Positions 39,322 through 52,628 of a DNA stretch of 64,000 bases are shown here, piece by piece. The number at the start of each line of letters is the position of its first letter. The first letter of the stretch is position 1. The position numbers were made by a program, and so were the translations under genes. The DNA is from Anolis carolinensis. Taxonomy: Eukaryota. The notes beneath the pieces were generated by a model that saw nothing but the letters and a program-made list of their open reading frames with translations, was not told where the DNA came from and searched no databases. Location of the stretch: contig NC_085842.1 of assembly GCF_035594765.1 (NCBI RefSeq), forward strand, positions 169,149,036-169,213,035, in the 5' to 3' direction.

Positions 39322-39645
39322 CAGTAGAGTCTCACTTATCCAACGTAAACGAGCCGGCAGAATGTTGGATAAGCGAATATGTTGGATAATAAGGAGAGTT
39401 TAAGGAAAAGCCTATTAAACATCAAATTAGGTTATGATTTTACAAATTAAGCACCAAAACATCATGTTTAACAAAAAAAATTGACAGAAAAAGTAGTTCA
39501 ATATGCAGTAATGCTATGTAGTAATTACTGTATTTACGAATTTAGCATCAAAATATCATGATGTATTGAAAACATTGACTACAAAAATGCGTTGGATAAT
39601 CCAGAACCTTGGATAAGCGAGTGTTGGATAAGTGAGACACTACTG
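39322..39645. mobile_element. Tc1/pogo-type MITE
   Basis: CAGTAGAGTCTCACTTATCC TIRs and TA TSD; also at 46195-46497, 61356-61660 and 62495-62800. Confidence 0.88.
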
Positions 39646-40026
39646 TATTGACAAGAAGACCTTTGCTTTCCTCTGTGTTCAGTTATTTGGCTTTGGCACA
39701 GGGCCCTTGCACACTTCTAAAATCCTATAACAAAAACAGCAAAGGGTCTCATTGCAGTATAAAGAGTAACAAAATATATTATGTATCTATAAAGTGTGTT
39801 ACAATCCAGAACATTCATACTATAATCCATTTGTTAGCCCAAAAGAAAAAGTAAGAGGGAAGGGAAAGGAAGGAGTAAGGAGAGGGAGACAAAGAAAAAC
39901 AGGGAGAGAAGAGGAAAGGATGTTTCAAAGGAAAAGAGGAACCAAAACCTTCTGAAGAGAGAGGCAGGAGAAAAGAAAAAATCCACCCCAAATTACCATA
40001 CTCTTGTCTGCCTTCTGTTTTTCCAG

Positions 40027-40251
40027 GCAGTCGTGAATGTCATTGCAAAGGAGCGTCCACCCTTCCGGACACAGACAAATACTCTATACACTCCACTGGT
40101 AGCCCTGAAATATGCTGACACCTCGGGGGACCTCTCTGTCGGCACCTACTACAACCTACTTTTCCGCTTCACCGGCCTCTTCCACCTTAGCATGAGTTGC
40201 CTCAAATGCATCACATGCAGCTGTTTCCGGCGCAGGGTCACACCTGCCTGA
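40027..40251 (+). CDS. RDH8: RDH8 exon 6 (AVVNVIAKERPP...CLKCITCSCFRRRVTPA*)
   Basis: Acceptor TTTTCCAG; stop TGA at 40249-40251; Cys-rich tail ending in VxPx as in RDH8; spliced CDS totals 951 nt = 316 aa. Confidence 0.95.
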   Translation, partial: AVVNVIAKERPPFRTQTNTLYTPLVALKYADTSGDLSVGTYYNLLFRFTGLFHLSMSCLKCITCSCFRRRVTPA

Positions 40252-40419
40252 GGAGATGGTCACTGGGTAGCGGCACAGAGCAGAGCCCTGCCTTGGATGA
40301 TCAAGGTTCAAGTAGAAGTACATGAGACGTTTTGCCACAGATCAGCACCCACCCTGGTTTGAAAACTACGGGGTTCCTGGGGACATTGCAGATGAGGAGC
40401 AGTGGAAAGGAGGGGAGGC

Positions 40420-40425
40420 AATAAA
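40420..40425 (+). terminator. Candidate RDH8 polyadenylation signal (alternatives at 40711 and 41317)
   Basis: First AATAAA about 170 nt after the stop codon. Confidence 0.45.
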
Positions 40426-41484
40426 CTTGTCCAGGGTGTGGGTATCAGTGGGCACCCTTCCTGAGCCAGGTGGCAGACCCCTACCCTGTGCAAGATCAAG
40501 GCCATGCATTTCAAGTTAATGGCACTAGAATGTGTGTGCATGGCTGAGATGATCAAATTATAAAGCTAAAGAGGAGGAAATGGAAACTTAAGTTCTACTT
40601 TTGCTCTATTTTGCAGAAATAGAATGAGGAGAATATATTTTGAGCATCAATGGACTATAAAAGTCCCACCATACATATGTTGCTGATTATGTGCCATCAA
40701 AGCCTCGAGTAATAAATGAGATATTTTCAAGTCACCCTGTCATCAAATGCCCAAACTCAGAGCTGTGACTTCCTTGATAGAGTCTATCCACCTGTAATGT
40801 AGTTTTTCTCCTACTGCCTTCAACTTCACTAGGCTTTACAGTGCGACGCCCTCCCCCCAAGTATTCATGAAAGTTACATTCCAAAACTTATCTGAAAGTG
40901 TGGATAATAATGAAACCTGTATTTTGACTGTATTGGTCAGGAAGCATAGACTTGCACTGAAAAATCTAGAGAAGCCAGTGAACATTTCCAGGTGGGGAGA
41001 TACTTTATGCAGCATGGGTAAACAAAACAGTAGATATTGATAAATGATATTTATCTCCTAGTTCAGAAGCAGGGAGTTTGTGACCCCCCCCCCCCCCCCC
41101 GCAGAATTCAAAAAAACAGCAACCCACATCACCCGTCCCTATTTATTCTGCTGTTTAGGGGTGGTAGGAAGTTGTAGTCCAACAACATCCTGAGAGCCAG
41201 ATGACTCCCAGCCTCTGCCCTTGCTGCTTCTGAGATGGTGATATCTTGACAGTAGTGTGACCAGAACTAACATCCATACATTTATAGCAACTTCCTATAA
41301 AACTTTGAATGCAAAAAATAAAAATCCATAATGCTGTGCTGACAAACTCCCAGGTCAGTTTGCTTTCCAGTCTTTACTACTAAAAGAACTTCTGGGTACA
41401 GCACAAAAGGCGGGATGTCCTAGAGTGCTTGGCCAATTCATGTAGAGCAGAGGAGTAAATCATGTGCCCTTTCAGATGCTGTTT

Positions 41485-41805
41485 GCACAGTGTGTTAAAG
41501 CGCTGAGCTGCTGAATTTGCGGACCGAAAGGTGCCAGGTTCAAATCCCTGGAGCGGAATGAGCCCCCGCTGTTAGCCCCAGCTCCTGCCAACCTAGCAGT
41601 TTGAAAACATGCAAATGTGAGTAGATCAATAGGTACCGCTCCAATAGGTACCGCTCCGGCGGGAAGATAACAGCGCTCCATGCAGTCATGCTGGCCACAT
41701 GACCTGGAGATTTGTATGGACAACGCCGGCTCTTTGGCTTAGAAATGGAGATGAGCACCAACCCCCAGAGTCGGTCACGACTGGACTTAACGTCAGGGGA
41801 AACCT
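41485..41805 (+). mobile_element. Sauria SINE
   Basis: Family match with a small internal duplication. Confidence 0.88.
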
Positions 41806-43225
41806 GATTGCATCTCTTGCATAGCCAAAGACAAGGAATACAGAAGTTGCAGTCCAACTGCACCTTTAATGCTGTAAAGCAGTGGTTTTCAACCTGTGGG
41901 TACCCAGGTTTTTTGGCCTACAACTCCCAGAAATCCCAGCCAGTTTCCCAGCTGTTAGGATTTCTGGGAGTTGAAGGCCCAAACATCTGGGGACCCACAG
42001 GTTGAGAACCATTGCTGTAAAGAATTGAGAATGGATTGGGTCTACTTGGCCTTGCTATTACTGGTAGGCTGTTAGAAATTGTGGGAGTTGAAATCCAAAA
42101 CACCGGGGGGGGGGGGGGGGGCAAAGTTTGCCCATGCCTGTTCTAGAGCTTAACCAATACTCCACACACTACTGGAAAAAATTACACTGGCTGACACACA
42201 TGTTGGTGCCTCAAATGTTAGGACTTGCTGATTCAAAAAAAAGACACCAGTTTTCCCCTGTCAACTCTAGTTTTTGAGATACATAACATATGCCGCATAC
42301 CAGTATTCATGTGCTCACTCACAATAACTATATCTAAGAAACTCAAGTTGACATGGTCCATTGGAATGCAATTTTCTGAATCAGTGCCCCAAATAATTCC
42401 AGGAACAGGATGAAAAACCATGATTTTTTTTTTTTTTGTTGGGCTATGTTCGCAATGATAGGTTATACCTATCTTTCTGGAAAGCATTTTTCTTTCATCA
42501 CTACAGCTTTGAAAGTTTGCTCATGGTTTCTACTACACTCCGAATGCCCCAACCAGCAAAGCTGCTACAATCTACATCAGAGGTCTCTCTGTTTTTCCAG
42601 GATCCTAGCAGCTACCCCCACCTTACCACCTGATTTATATGATTATTACAAATAGGAATTCATGGGACATTTTGAACCCAAGGGGAACTGTTTGCCATGC
42701 CAATGCTAGTCTCTGCAGATTGGCACACCCCAGTACAGTCAATGCCATTAGGTAGCAATTGCTGTGCTTTGTTTTCCTCAAATGTAGAAAAAGCCTTGGT
42801 TGTAATCTTTATAACTACAAGGAAAATCAGGAAAAAATGTTCTTGGATTGGGTTTGAGGGAAAATAACTTATGAATGCTTCCATCTTATTGAAAAAATGA
42901 TTTGTTAAGAACAGCTCTTGTGAGATTGCAGGCACCATAGTCCTACACAACTGGTTGTGCCAACTAGGGCTAATGAAATTGCAGCCCAATAATATCTTAA
43001 GGGCTCTACATCTCTTAGACTAGTTATGAAGAATATAGGAAGTAAAACTAGTGTCATTTCAAAAATGACGTTCTCTATTTAGATTTTAAAAATGGCCAGT
43101 GTCCTCATGTTGTAGAGACAAATATCAGAGAGATATTTGAGTACGTGAAAGGAATTGGGAATGCTTGTGTCAGAGTTTGTTGTAATTATTATGTTTGGAA
43201 GATTCATTAAAAATATTTTTCTCAA

Positions 43226-44202
43226 TGAAAAGACACTCAAAATAACTCAGAGGATTTATTTTACAACTACTTTTGTCATGAAGACTTTTACAACAAAAGT
43301 TAAAATATCCTGGTCAGACTGAACAGAATATCCCACTTCTGACACCAAAAATGTTATGAATAACTTTTCAATAACTTTAAAGCATAGGTTCTTTTTATTG
43401 CAATTTCAGTCTGAGAGGTATAGCAGAATTTTTACAGAACAACAAAGAACAACATTTAGACATACAAACATACAGATTCTAAGCAACTACATTGGATTCA
43501 CAAACAACCTACAGTTACATTGGCTAAGAAACAAACAAGGGGGGGGGTTACATTTTCATTCTTCATTCACACACAACATGCATCCATCTTCATGCACACA
43601 AATATTACCATATTCTTTCTCCCTTCTTGGAGAAGCACCTGCTTAGGCCAGACCCAGCTTCCACTGCTGCCTGCCAAGACATAATTCCAAAACTGCCAAA
43701 ACTTCAAAACTTCAAAAAGACCATGACTTCAAAACGCACTCCTTCCTCTTTCCCTAAGAAAAGGAGGCCCCAAACAGTGAACAGAATCCTGCTTTCCCAT
43801 AGCAGATCTGCCACTCCCAAGTACACCATCTCCACTGAGCATGGCGGGTGAACAGCGTCGCTGTCTGTCACACCTTCTGGACTGTCATAAGGTCACTTAT
43901 ATAGCAATATTTTGCTGATGATGTTGTCCCAAAGTTGTAAATGAATCATAGACGTCTTCTATCATGGAATCATCTGTTTCCTGGACCAGATGTTGATTCC
44001 TCTTGATTGGTGTTAGGCAAACAAGCAGCAAGTTAGCAAATGTTGACAGATGTTAACAGATGTAAATGTTTCTCTTATCAGTCACAGTTCTTATCACAGT
44101 TTGCTAGGCAGATCAACTGTTTCAGGTCTCATTAGCAGGTTTTAATTACAATTCCTGAGCAGGTAGTTAATGGTTTGCAGGCTTTACAGACTGGTGTCTT
44201 CA
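43226..44202 (-). mobile_element. Possible solo retroviral-type LTR
   Basis: Inverted termini TGAAGACAC / GTGTCTTTTCA; on - the order is GATA sites, CCAAT (44006), TATATAA (43897), AATAAA (43394, 43255); no TSD found. Confidence 0.45.
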
Positions 44203-44942
44203 AATTTCTAACTCACTCATTCTTCCATTCATACACATATCATATATGCATATTTTTGTCACACTTTTGATAATCATAGCTGAAATGCATCTTCTTTGAA
44301 AAGGCATTCTGTCCTTCTTTCTCAGATATGCCTGCTGTTGTTCTTGTGCAAAGTACTTTGTAGTTAGTTCCAGATTTCCGCAGAATCTAACCAAGAGAGA
44401 TGAAATTAGAGCCCTGAATGGTGGTCATGTTACATACATTCACATGTATAATTAACCCCCCATATTTGCTAAGGGCACAGAACTGCCATGGAAGTTGAAA
44501 ATCATGAATAAAGACATTACTGCTGCTGCTCCCCCTCCTTCTTACTCTTTCTCGCCTTCCTCCTCCTTTTACTTGAGAAAACATCTCTAACCATAGAACT
44601 ACACTGGAGGACCTTCAGATTCCTAGATGGATGTTCTCTCTAGAAACATCAAGGTCCTCCATTATAACTAGAAGTTAACTCTAAAATAACACAAGAGGCC
44701 CTAGAGATTCCTTGAAATAACAAATCTATGAATAATCAAATCCACAATAGTCTGAACCACAAAAGTGGAGTGATAACTGTGGTTGTTTGTAGAAATAAAC
44801 AGGTAAATAGAAGCTTTATCACACTCTTTAAATCAAGATAAACTCTGCTGTGTAATAAGACTGTCACTTAGGCTTGAATGTAACAGTAACAGTATCTTTA
44901 TTCAGGTTCAAAACACACACAGGGCAACAGTATATAACAGTC

Positions 44943-45076
44943 TGTTGTCGAAAGCTTTCATGGCCGGGATCATAGGGTTGTTGTATGTTTTCCGGGCTGT
45001 ATGGCCATGTTTCAGAAGTATTCTCTTCTGACGTTTCACCCACATCTATGGCAGGCATCCTCAGAGGTTGTGAGGT
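44943..45076 (-). mobile_element. Penelope-like terminal fragment with an intact hammerhead core (45027-45067)
   Basis: CTGAGGA-T-GCCTGC...GTGGGT-GAAAC-GTC on -. Confidence 0.75.
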
Positions 45077-45764
45077 ATATAAGAGTCCTTTTAAATATGC
45101 CTCATTTCCTTTTTAAGTAATCAAACTTAGGAGAGCATGATAGCCATTTTATTCCTGACCAAATTCCTGTCAGCTTTCTCTCCAGAAAAAAAGTGACAGT
45201 TGGAAACCATTGGTCTCAGTGCCAGTCTAGATGCAGCAGCCAATCAGAATCCTGGCTGGCTCAGCCAATGAGCTATTGCCAACAACAACTCCTTTCCAGT
45301 TAACTTACCTCTAACATGGAGTCTCTTTTATAATCCTTCACAATAACTGTACCATAGCCTTCTGTAGCAGCAAGCAAAAACATTTGTTGCTGTCACTTTC
45401 ATAGCCAAAACCACCTCACTTTGAGTCTCCCAGTCAGGAAAAGGACTGAAAACACTGACCATTTAGTGGAGTTCAAAGCTAGCTTCAAACTGCAGCAGCC
45501 AGACAGCAGAACTCCCACAAATGCGCTTGAAAGAAAGCTCCTTATGCGCATCAGTGCTCTGTCGTTTTAAAAACTTTTAAATAAAAATCATCTGCAGTAT
45601 AACCACTATCCGAGCTTCAGACTGGCTACAGGATTGTCTATGTAATGATCTACACAGCAAAGCCACTTTCTTCAATGCTGGCTTAAAGCTGCATTCAATA
45701 GTCAGCTGCCTTAAATAGATGGGGCCTGAGACAGCAGGTCTCACGATAGGACATCATCACTGTA

Positions 45765-46730
45765 GGAGCCCCCAATAGCACAGTGGGTTAAAGCCCTTAT
45801 GCTGGTAGGACTGGTGACTTGAAGGCTGGGTTGCTGGCCTGAAGGTTGCCGGTTCGAATACCACCTCAGATGAGCTCCCTCTATCAGCAAATAATAATCT
45901 ACTATTACAATACTGAAGTAATCACAAACATATACTTGTTTCAACAACTTGCAAAAGGTACAACAAAAAATAGTATACAATGAAACGTAAGTTTGTTATA
46001 TTCACAATACTGATGAATGTTTCTTTCTTCTAGAAGGGAATTTTCAACAAGGGTTACTTTAAACAGATTTCCTCTTTAAAGTTCACGATGGTGATTTCTT
46101 TTTCTTTCTTATAAAGGAAATTTCAACCAAAGTCTCTATAAACAAATCTTCCTCTATGTTTCCTTGTAGAGAACTTCCACAACAAATTACTATACAGTAG
46201 AGTCTCACTTATCCAACGTTCTGGATTATCCAGCGCATTTTTGTAGTGTTTTCAATGCATTGTGATATTTTGGTGTTAAATTCATAAATACAGTAATTAC
46301 TACATAGCATTCATGTGTAATGAATGACTTTTTCTGTCAAATTTGTTGTATAACATGATGTTTTGTGCTTAATTTGTAAAATCATAACCTATTTTGATGT
46401 TTAATAGGCTTTTTCTTAATCTCGCCTTATTATCCAACATATTGGCTTATCCAATGTTCTGCAGGCCCGTTTATGTTGGATAAGTGAGACTCTACTGTAC
46501 TTCAGTATTGTAATAGTGGATTATTGTTTTGCTGATTCAAGGGAATCCATTTTCTTTACATTACTCCCTCTATCAGCTCCAGCTCCCCATGCAGGGACAT
46601 GAGAGAAGCCTCCCACAAGGATGGTAAAAACATCAAAACATCCAAGCGTCCCCTGGGCAACGTCCTTGCAGAGGGCCAATTCTTTCACACCAGAAGCAAC
46701 TTGCAGTTTCTCAAGTCGCTCCTGACACAC
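45765..46730 (+). mobile_element. SINE family B split by a roughly 675-bp insertion
   Basis: 14-bp TSD CTCCCTCTATCAGC at 45875-45888 and 46564-46577. Confidence 0.7.
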
Positions 46731-47399
46731 ACAAAATCTTCACTGTGCTTCATAACATTTTCAGACACAAAGCAAGAATTGTAAACCTGATTAAGAGTTC
46801 TGAAGCTCACAAAAAACACGTACATAGGTGAATCCAAAGACCTTCCACTAATTTGAGTTGTGTGGTTATTTCCCCCTTATTGCAGATTTGTTTTGCTTTT
46901 GTATCACTAATTCATTGGCTTTGTCTTACAAGTAGAAACACATAGGCCCTCTGCTAACACATAACTGCACCATCCCTGATCAAAGATAATCAGAGACCAA
47001 TGGTACCTCTTCTCTCTGTAGGAAAAGAAACTTCCTATGATTGGTAAGCAAAACTAAATCAATTGGAAAGAGGCAAGACCAACCATATTGATGAAGTAGG
47101 CTGTGTCAGTGAGTGCATCTACGCTGCAGAATTAATGCCATTTGAGACCACTTTAACTGCCATGGCCCAATGCTATGGAATTCTGGAAATTGTTGTTAAT
47201 GAAGCATTTGACTCTTTGACAGAGAAGGCGGAAAATCTTATAAAACTACAACTCCCTTGATTCCAATCCGTATCCATTCTACAGTGGAGATGAACCCTAT
47301 GAAAGTTTGTGCTGTCCACATCTCATGCTAGTTACTTTCAAAGAACCCACAAATTTATTTTGGATGCACAGCAACTGTGAACTAGAGGGTAGAAATGTG

Positions 47400-47592
47400 A
47401 TTTCTAGATAAGCATGGGGAGAACAAAAGCTCTGAGGGAAAATAGCTCATTTTGGAGAAAGGTACAATGGAGGCTCCTTCTTTGGAGGCTTTTAAAGAGA
47501 GGCTGGATGGCCATCTGTCAGGGGTGTTTTGAATGTGATTTTCCTGCTTCTTGGCAGGGGTTTGGACTGAGGTCTATTCCAATTCTATGATC
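47400..47592 (+). mobile_element. CR1 3' end fragment
   Basis: Matches the 3' end of the CR1 at 50765-50900; ATTCTATG tail. Confidence 0.75.
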
Positions 47593-47699
47593 CACTCCAT
47601 TTTATTTGTTTTTGTAGTGAGACACAAGACAGACTCTGATACCACAATGTTTGGATGGCAAGCCTTGTGTGAGAGGCATAGCAGTGATAACCTCCCTTC

Positions 47700-48127
47700 G
47701 CTGAGTTGCAGTGAGTTTTCTGGGCTGTATGGCCATGTTCCAGAATCATTCTCTCCTGATGTTTCACCCACATCTATGGCAGGCATCCTAAGAGGTTGTG
47801 ATGTCTGTTGGAAACTAGGCAAGTGGGGTTTATTTATCTGTGGAATAATGTCCAGGGTGGGAGAAAGAACTCTTGTCTGAGACAAGTGAGAATGTTTCAA
47901 CTGGCCACCTTGATTAGCACTGAATGGCCTTGCAGCTTCAAAGTTTGGCTGCTTACTGCACCCTGTACATTCCACAGGTAAATCCCACTGGCCTAATTTC
48001 CAGGAGACGTCACAATCTCTAAGGATGCTTTCCATAGGTGTGGGTGAAACGTCAGGAGAGAATGCTTCTGGAACACGGCCACACAGGCCGGAAAACTCAC
48101 AGCAACCCAGTGATTCTGGCTATGAAA
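47700..48127. mobile_element. Penelope-like fragment with inverted terminal copies
   Basis: Terminal repeat in both orientations; degenerate hammerhead motifs. Confidence 0.75.
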
Positions 48128-48484
48128 CTACTTCAAACTACGGTTTCCGACGTGCTTTGCGCGTTTCAATAATAGAATTACGCTCACACACAACTGCACT
48201 TCCTATTGGCTAGTCGTTGAAACGTCATCAAAGAGCAAACAATGGACTTGGGAAACGAGTGTGAACCTTCATGTTTTGTGCTCCAGCTCCTTGGTCCCTT
48301 TAAGCAAGCCACAGTATTTAAGCCATAAGGAAGGCACCAAAGCAGGGACAGCTCTGGTTTGTACTTGGGTGGGAGAACGCCAAAGAACATTAGGGGCGTG
48401 GGGTATTTCAACAAAAGGAACTAGCAAAATCTCTCTGGGATTTCCTTGCCAGGTGACCCTAGGATAGGCATAGGCAGCAGCGAA

Positions 48485-48525
48485 TGCAGCTCTTTGCTGA
48501 GCAGGTGGTGGCCCTGAAAAGGGCC
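48485..48525 (-). terminator. H4 histone stem-loop (GGCCCTTTTCAGGGCC) plus HDE (AAAGAGCTG)
   Basis: Stem-loop at 48510-48525 followed by ACCA; purine-rich U7 element downstream. Confidence 0.97.
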
Positions 48526-48558
48526 TTTAGGTTGGATGGGGGCTGTGGGGCGCTGTCT

Positions 48559-48909
<351 letters not shown>

Positions 48910-48934
48910 TCAACTGTGCCGAGCTCCAGCAGCT

Positions 48935-49080
48935 CTGCTATATATTGCCGGGAAGCCGACCAGAGGGAAAACCTCACCCTGGAGGCGGAGGCTACAAGCC
49001 ACACGTCCCAGTCTCACCCTCAGGAGCTTCCGCCAATGAACAACGAGAACGTTTTGAAATGACCAATCAGACATCACAGC
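48935..49080 (-). promoter_or_regulatory. H4 promoter
   Basis: TATA-like ATATATA at about 48939-48945; H4 site II-like GGTTTTCCCTCTGGTCGG at 48956-48973; CCAAT boxes near 49033 and 49063. Confidence 0.7.
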
Positions 49081-49246
49081 TTCAAGGAGGACAATAACGT
49101 GCGTTTCCTTTTTATTGCGGAGTCTGCGCAGAAAGGACTAATGGTGCCTGTCATGCTTTGAAATTAAATCCTTCCTCTTGGTGTGTGTGAAACAGGGAGG
49201 GATCATTTAGGGATTGTCAGTAATATGTGCAAACCGATACAAGAGT

Positions 49247-51062
49247 GGGTTGCTGTGAGTTTTCTGGGCTGTGTGGCCATGTTCCAGAAGCATTCTCTCC
49301 ACATCTATGGCAGACATCCTCAGAGGTTGTGAGGTCTCTTGGAAACTAAGCAAGTGGGATTTATATATCTGTGGAAGGAGGTTTATATATCTTTGGAGGG
49401 TCCCCAGAACACAGAAATGCTGGACCATTCTAACAACTGCTATGCCAGACTATCCAGAGAAGCCATTGAAATCCATAAGTATGTGGACAATTTCAACAGA
49501 AAGGAGGAAACAATGAAAATGAACAATATCTGGCTACCAGTATTAAAAAAAACCTCTAAAATCAGGACAGTAAATAACACCCTGAAAACAGAGGAAATCC
49601 AGACAAGAAACAATCAGAGCCAGCTAATCACCTCCAGACAAAGGATTCCCCCAGGCAGTAAGCAGCCAGGCCTTGAAGCTGAAGGGCTATTCAATGCTAA
49701 TCAAGGTAGCCAACTGAAACATTCACACCTGCCTCAAACACATGTGTTTTTTCTCTTTCCACAGACATATAAACCCCACTTGACTAGTTTCCAACATGTT
49801 TTGTTACTAGTTAACAAACTAGTAAAATGTGGGCTAGACAAAACTACGGTTAGGTGGATCTGTAATTGGCTAAGCGAACGAACCCAAAGGGTGCTCACCA
49901 ATGCGTCGTCTTCATCATGGAAAGAAGTGACAAGTGGAGTGCCGCAGGGCTCCGTCCTGGGCCCGGTTCTGTTCAACATCTTTATTAACGACTTAGACGA
50001 AGGGTTAGAAGGCACGATCATCAAGTTTGCAGATGACACCAAACTCGGAGGGATAGCTAACACTCCAGAAGACAGGAGCAGAATTCAAAATGATCTTGAC
50101 AGACTAGAGAGATGGGCCGAAACTAACAAAATGAAGTTCAACAGGGACAAATGCAAGATACTTCACTTCGGCAGAAAAAATGGAAATCAAAGATACAGAA
50201 TGGGGGACGCCTGGCTTGACAGCAGTGTGTGCGAAAAAGATCTTGGAGTCCTCGTGGACAACAAGTTAAACATGAGCCTACAATGTGATGCGGCAGCTAA
50301 AAAAGCCAATGGGATTTTGGCCTGCATCAATAGGGGAATAACGTCTAGATCCAGGGAAGTCATGCTCCCCCTCTATTCTGCCTTGGTCAGACCACACCTG
50401 GAATACTGTGTCCAGTTTTGGGCACCGCAGATGAAGGGAGATGCTGACAAGCTGGAAAGCGTCCAGAGGAGGGCAACTAAAATGATTAAGGGTCTGGAGA
50501 ACAAGCCCTATGAGGAGAGGCTTAAAGAGCTGGGCATGTTTAGCCTGCAGAAGAGAAGGCTGAGAGGAGACATGATAGCCATGTACAAATATGTGAGGGG
50601 AAGTCATAGGGAGGAGGGAGCAAGCTTATTTTCTGCTGCCCTGCAGACTAGGACACGGAACAATGGCTTCAAACTACAGGAAAGGAGATTCCACCTGAAC
50701 ATCAGGAAGAACTTCCTCACTGTGAGGGCTGTTCGGCAGTGGAACTCTCTCCCCCGGGCCGTGGTGGAGGCTCCTTCTTTGGAGGCTTTTAAGCAGAGGC
50801 TGGATGGCCATCTGTCGGGGGTGCTTTGAATGCGATTTCCTGCTTCTTAGCGGGGGGTTGGACTAGATGGCCCTTGAGGTCTCTTCCAACTCTACTATTC
50901 TATGATTCTATGATTCTATGATTCTATGCCTCCCAACCTCTGAAGTTACCTGCCATAGATGCAGGTGAAATGTCAGGAAATAATGCTTCTGGAACATGGC
51001 TATACAGCCCAGAAAACTCACAGCAACCCACTGATTCCGGCCATGAAAGTCTTTAACAACAC
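49247..51062. mobile_element. Penelope-like fragment (GIY-YIG C-terminal remnant, inverted termini) interrupted by CR1
   Basis: [21 protein letters not shown] remnant; the terminal repeat resumes after the CR1 tail. Confidence 0.75.
49797..50928 (+). mobile_element. 5'-truncated CR1 LINE, uninterrupted RT C-terminal half
   Basis: [15 protein letters not shown] and KDLGV motifs; (ATTCTATG)x4 tail. Confidence 0.95.
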
Positions 51063-52355
51063 ATTTAAGGAGTGTTAGCAAAGTGAGCAAATTGATACAA
51101 GGTTGCCTCTCTGATCTCTTTCCCTTTCCTATTCTGTTCTTTTCACCTTAGAGCTATTTTGTAACAAGAAATAAAGTAGCACATTTGTTGCAAGAGAAAA
51201 CTACCGCTTCCCATGGAGCTTGCTCTGTCTTTGATTCCTGTTCTGTTCAGTGGTGCTTAAGATAGGGTGCTAGGATTTCATAGCATTGAGACAAGGCAGT
51301 TGAAGTGGTGTCCAACTGCTTTAATTCTACAATACAGTGTATATTCACCCTTAATTGCAGTATTAGCTGGTTGTATCTATATTTATCTGAGCTCTAGTTT
51401 TAGGAACAGACCATGCCTCCTGCCTTACTGCTACACTACAGATAAACCTCAGATAAGCTTGTCTTCTTGATTTAAATATTTTTTAAAGAAAAATTACAAT
51501 TATAGAACATGTTTGGCATTAGATCAATAAGAAGGAAATGGGATTTTGCAATATGTTGATTCATTGGTTAAATTTATATTGCACATTTTCCCCAGTATAC
51601 ATGACTCTCCATCCCAGTGTACCCTCATGACAACTGTCCTGTGGGGGAAGTCAGGTAAAGCTTAAGATCACCACAGGATGATAAAACATCTTAACATCCA
51701 TGGGTCCCCTGGGCAATGTCTTTGCAGACGGCCAATTCTCTCACACCAGAAGTGACTTGCAGTTCTTCAAGCCACTTCTGACATGGAAGAATTAAACCAA
51801 TGACATTCATGACTCAATGGAGACTATATCTTCAATTGCACTGAAATATTGGTATTGAAACATGACTAATTGAGAAAGTATTTTCCTATTACTAAGAAGT
51901 AGACTTGCAATAAGCATGTGGGTCACCTAGAAATTCAGGAATCCTACCTGAATTAAGCATTGGCTAGAAAAGATCTACTTTTGGTCTTACCAGCTATTTC
52001 AAAATAATACCAAAAAAGCCCATATTTTAAAAATTGCTCGTCTCCATTTCTAAGCCAAAGAGCTGGCATTGTCCGTAGATACCTCATAGATCATGTGGCT
52101 GGCATGTCTGCATGAAGCGCCGTTACCTTCCCACTGGAGTAGTGATCTACTCACACTTGCATGTTTTCGAACTAGGTTGGCAGAATTACAATGTAGTAGA
52201 TGGCAAAATTCAATGCCTCACATTAATGTAAGAAAATACATATCTGAAAATAACATATCACTGTGGATTAAAGTAATAAAAACTATAAAACATCAGACAC
52301 AGACATAAACATAAATAATCTATCCTGTATATATTATGGCCTTACAATCTATGTA

Positions 52356-52628
52356 GGAGCCCCGATGGCGAAGTGGATTAAAGCACTGAGCTGCTGAACT
52401 TGCAGACCAAAAGGTCCCAGGTTCAAATCCCGGGAGCGGCAGGAGCAGCCACTGTTAGCTCCAGCTTCTGCCAACCTAGCAGCTCGAAAACATGCCAATG
52501 TGAGTAGATCAATAGGTACTGCTCTGGCGGGAAGGTAACAACACCGGCTCTTCGGCTTAGAAATGGAGATGAGCACCCACCCCCAGAGTCAGACATGACG
52601 GGACTTAATGTCAGGGGAAACCTTTAGC
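52356..52628 (+). mobile_element. Sauria SINE (internally deleted)
   Basis: Family match. Confidence 0.85.

Noticed and set aside
14046-40251. Alternative identification as HSD17B1
   Set aside because: Sequence ([16 protein letters not shown]) and the Cys-rich VxPx tail fit RDH8 better
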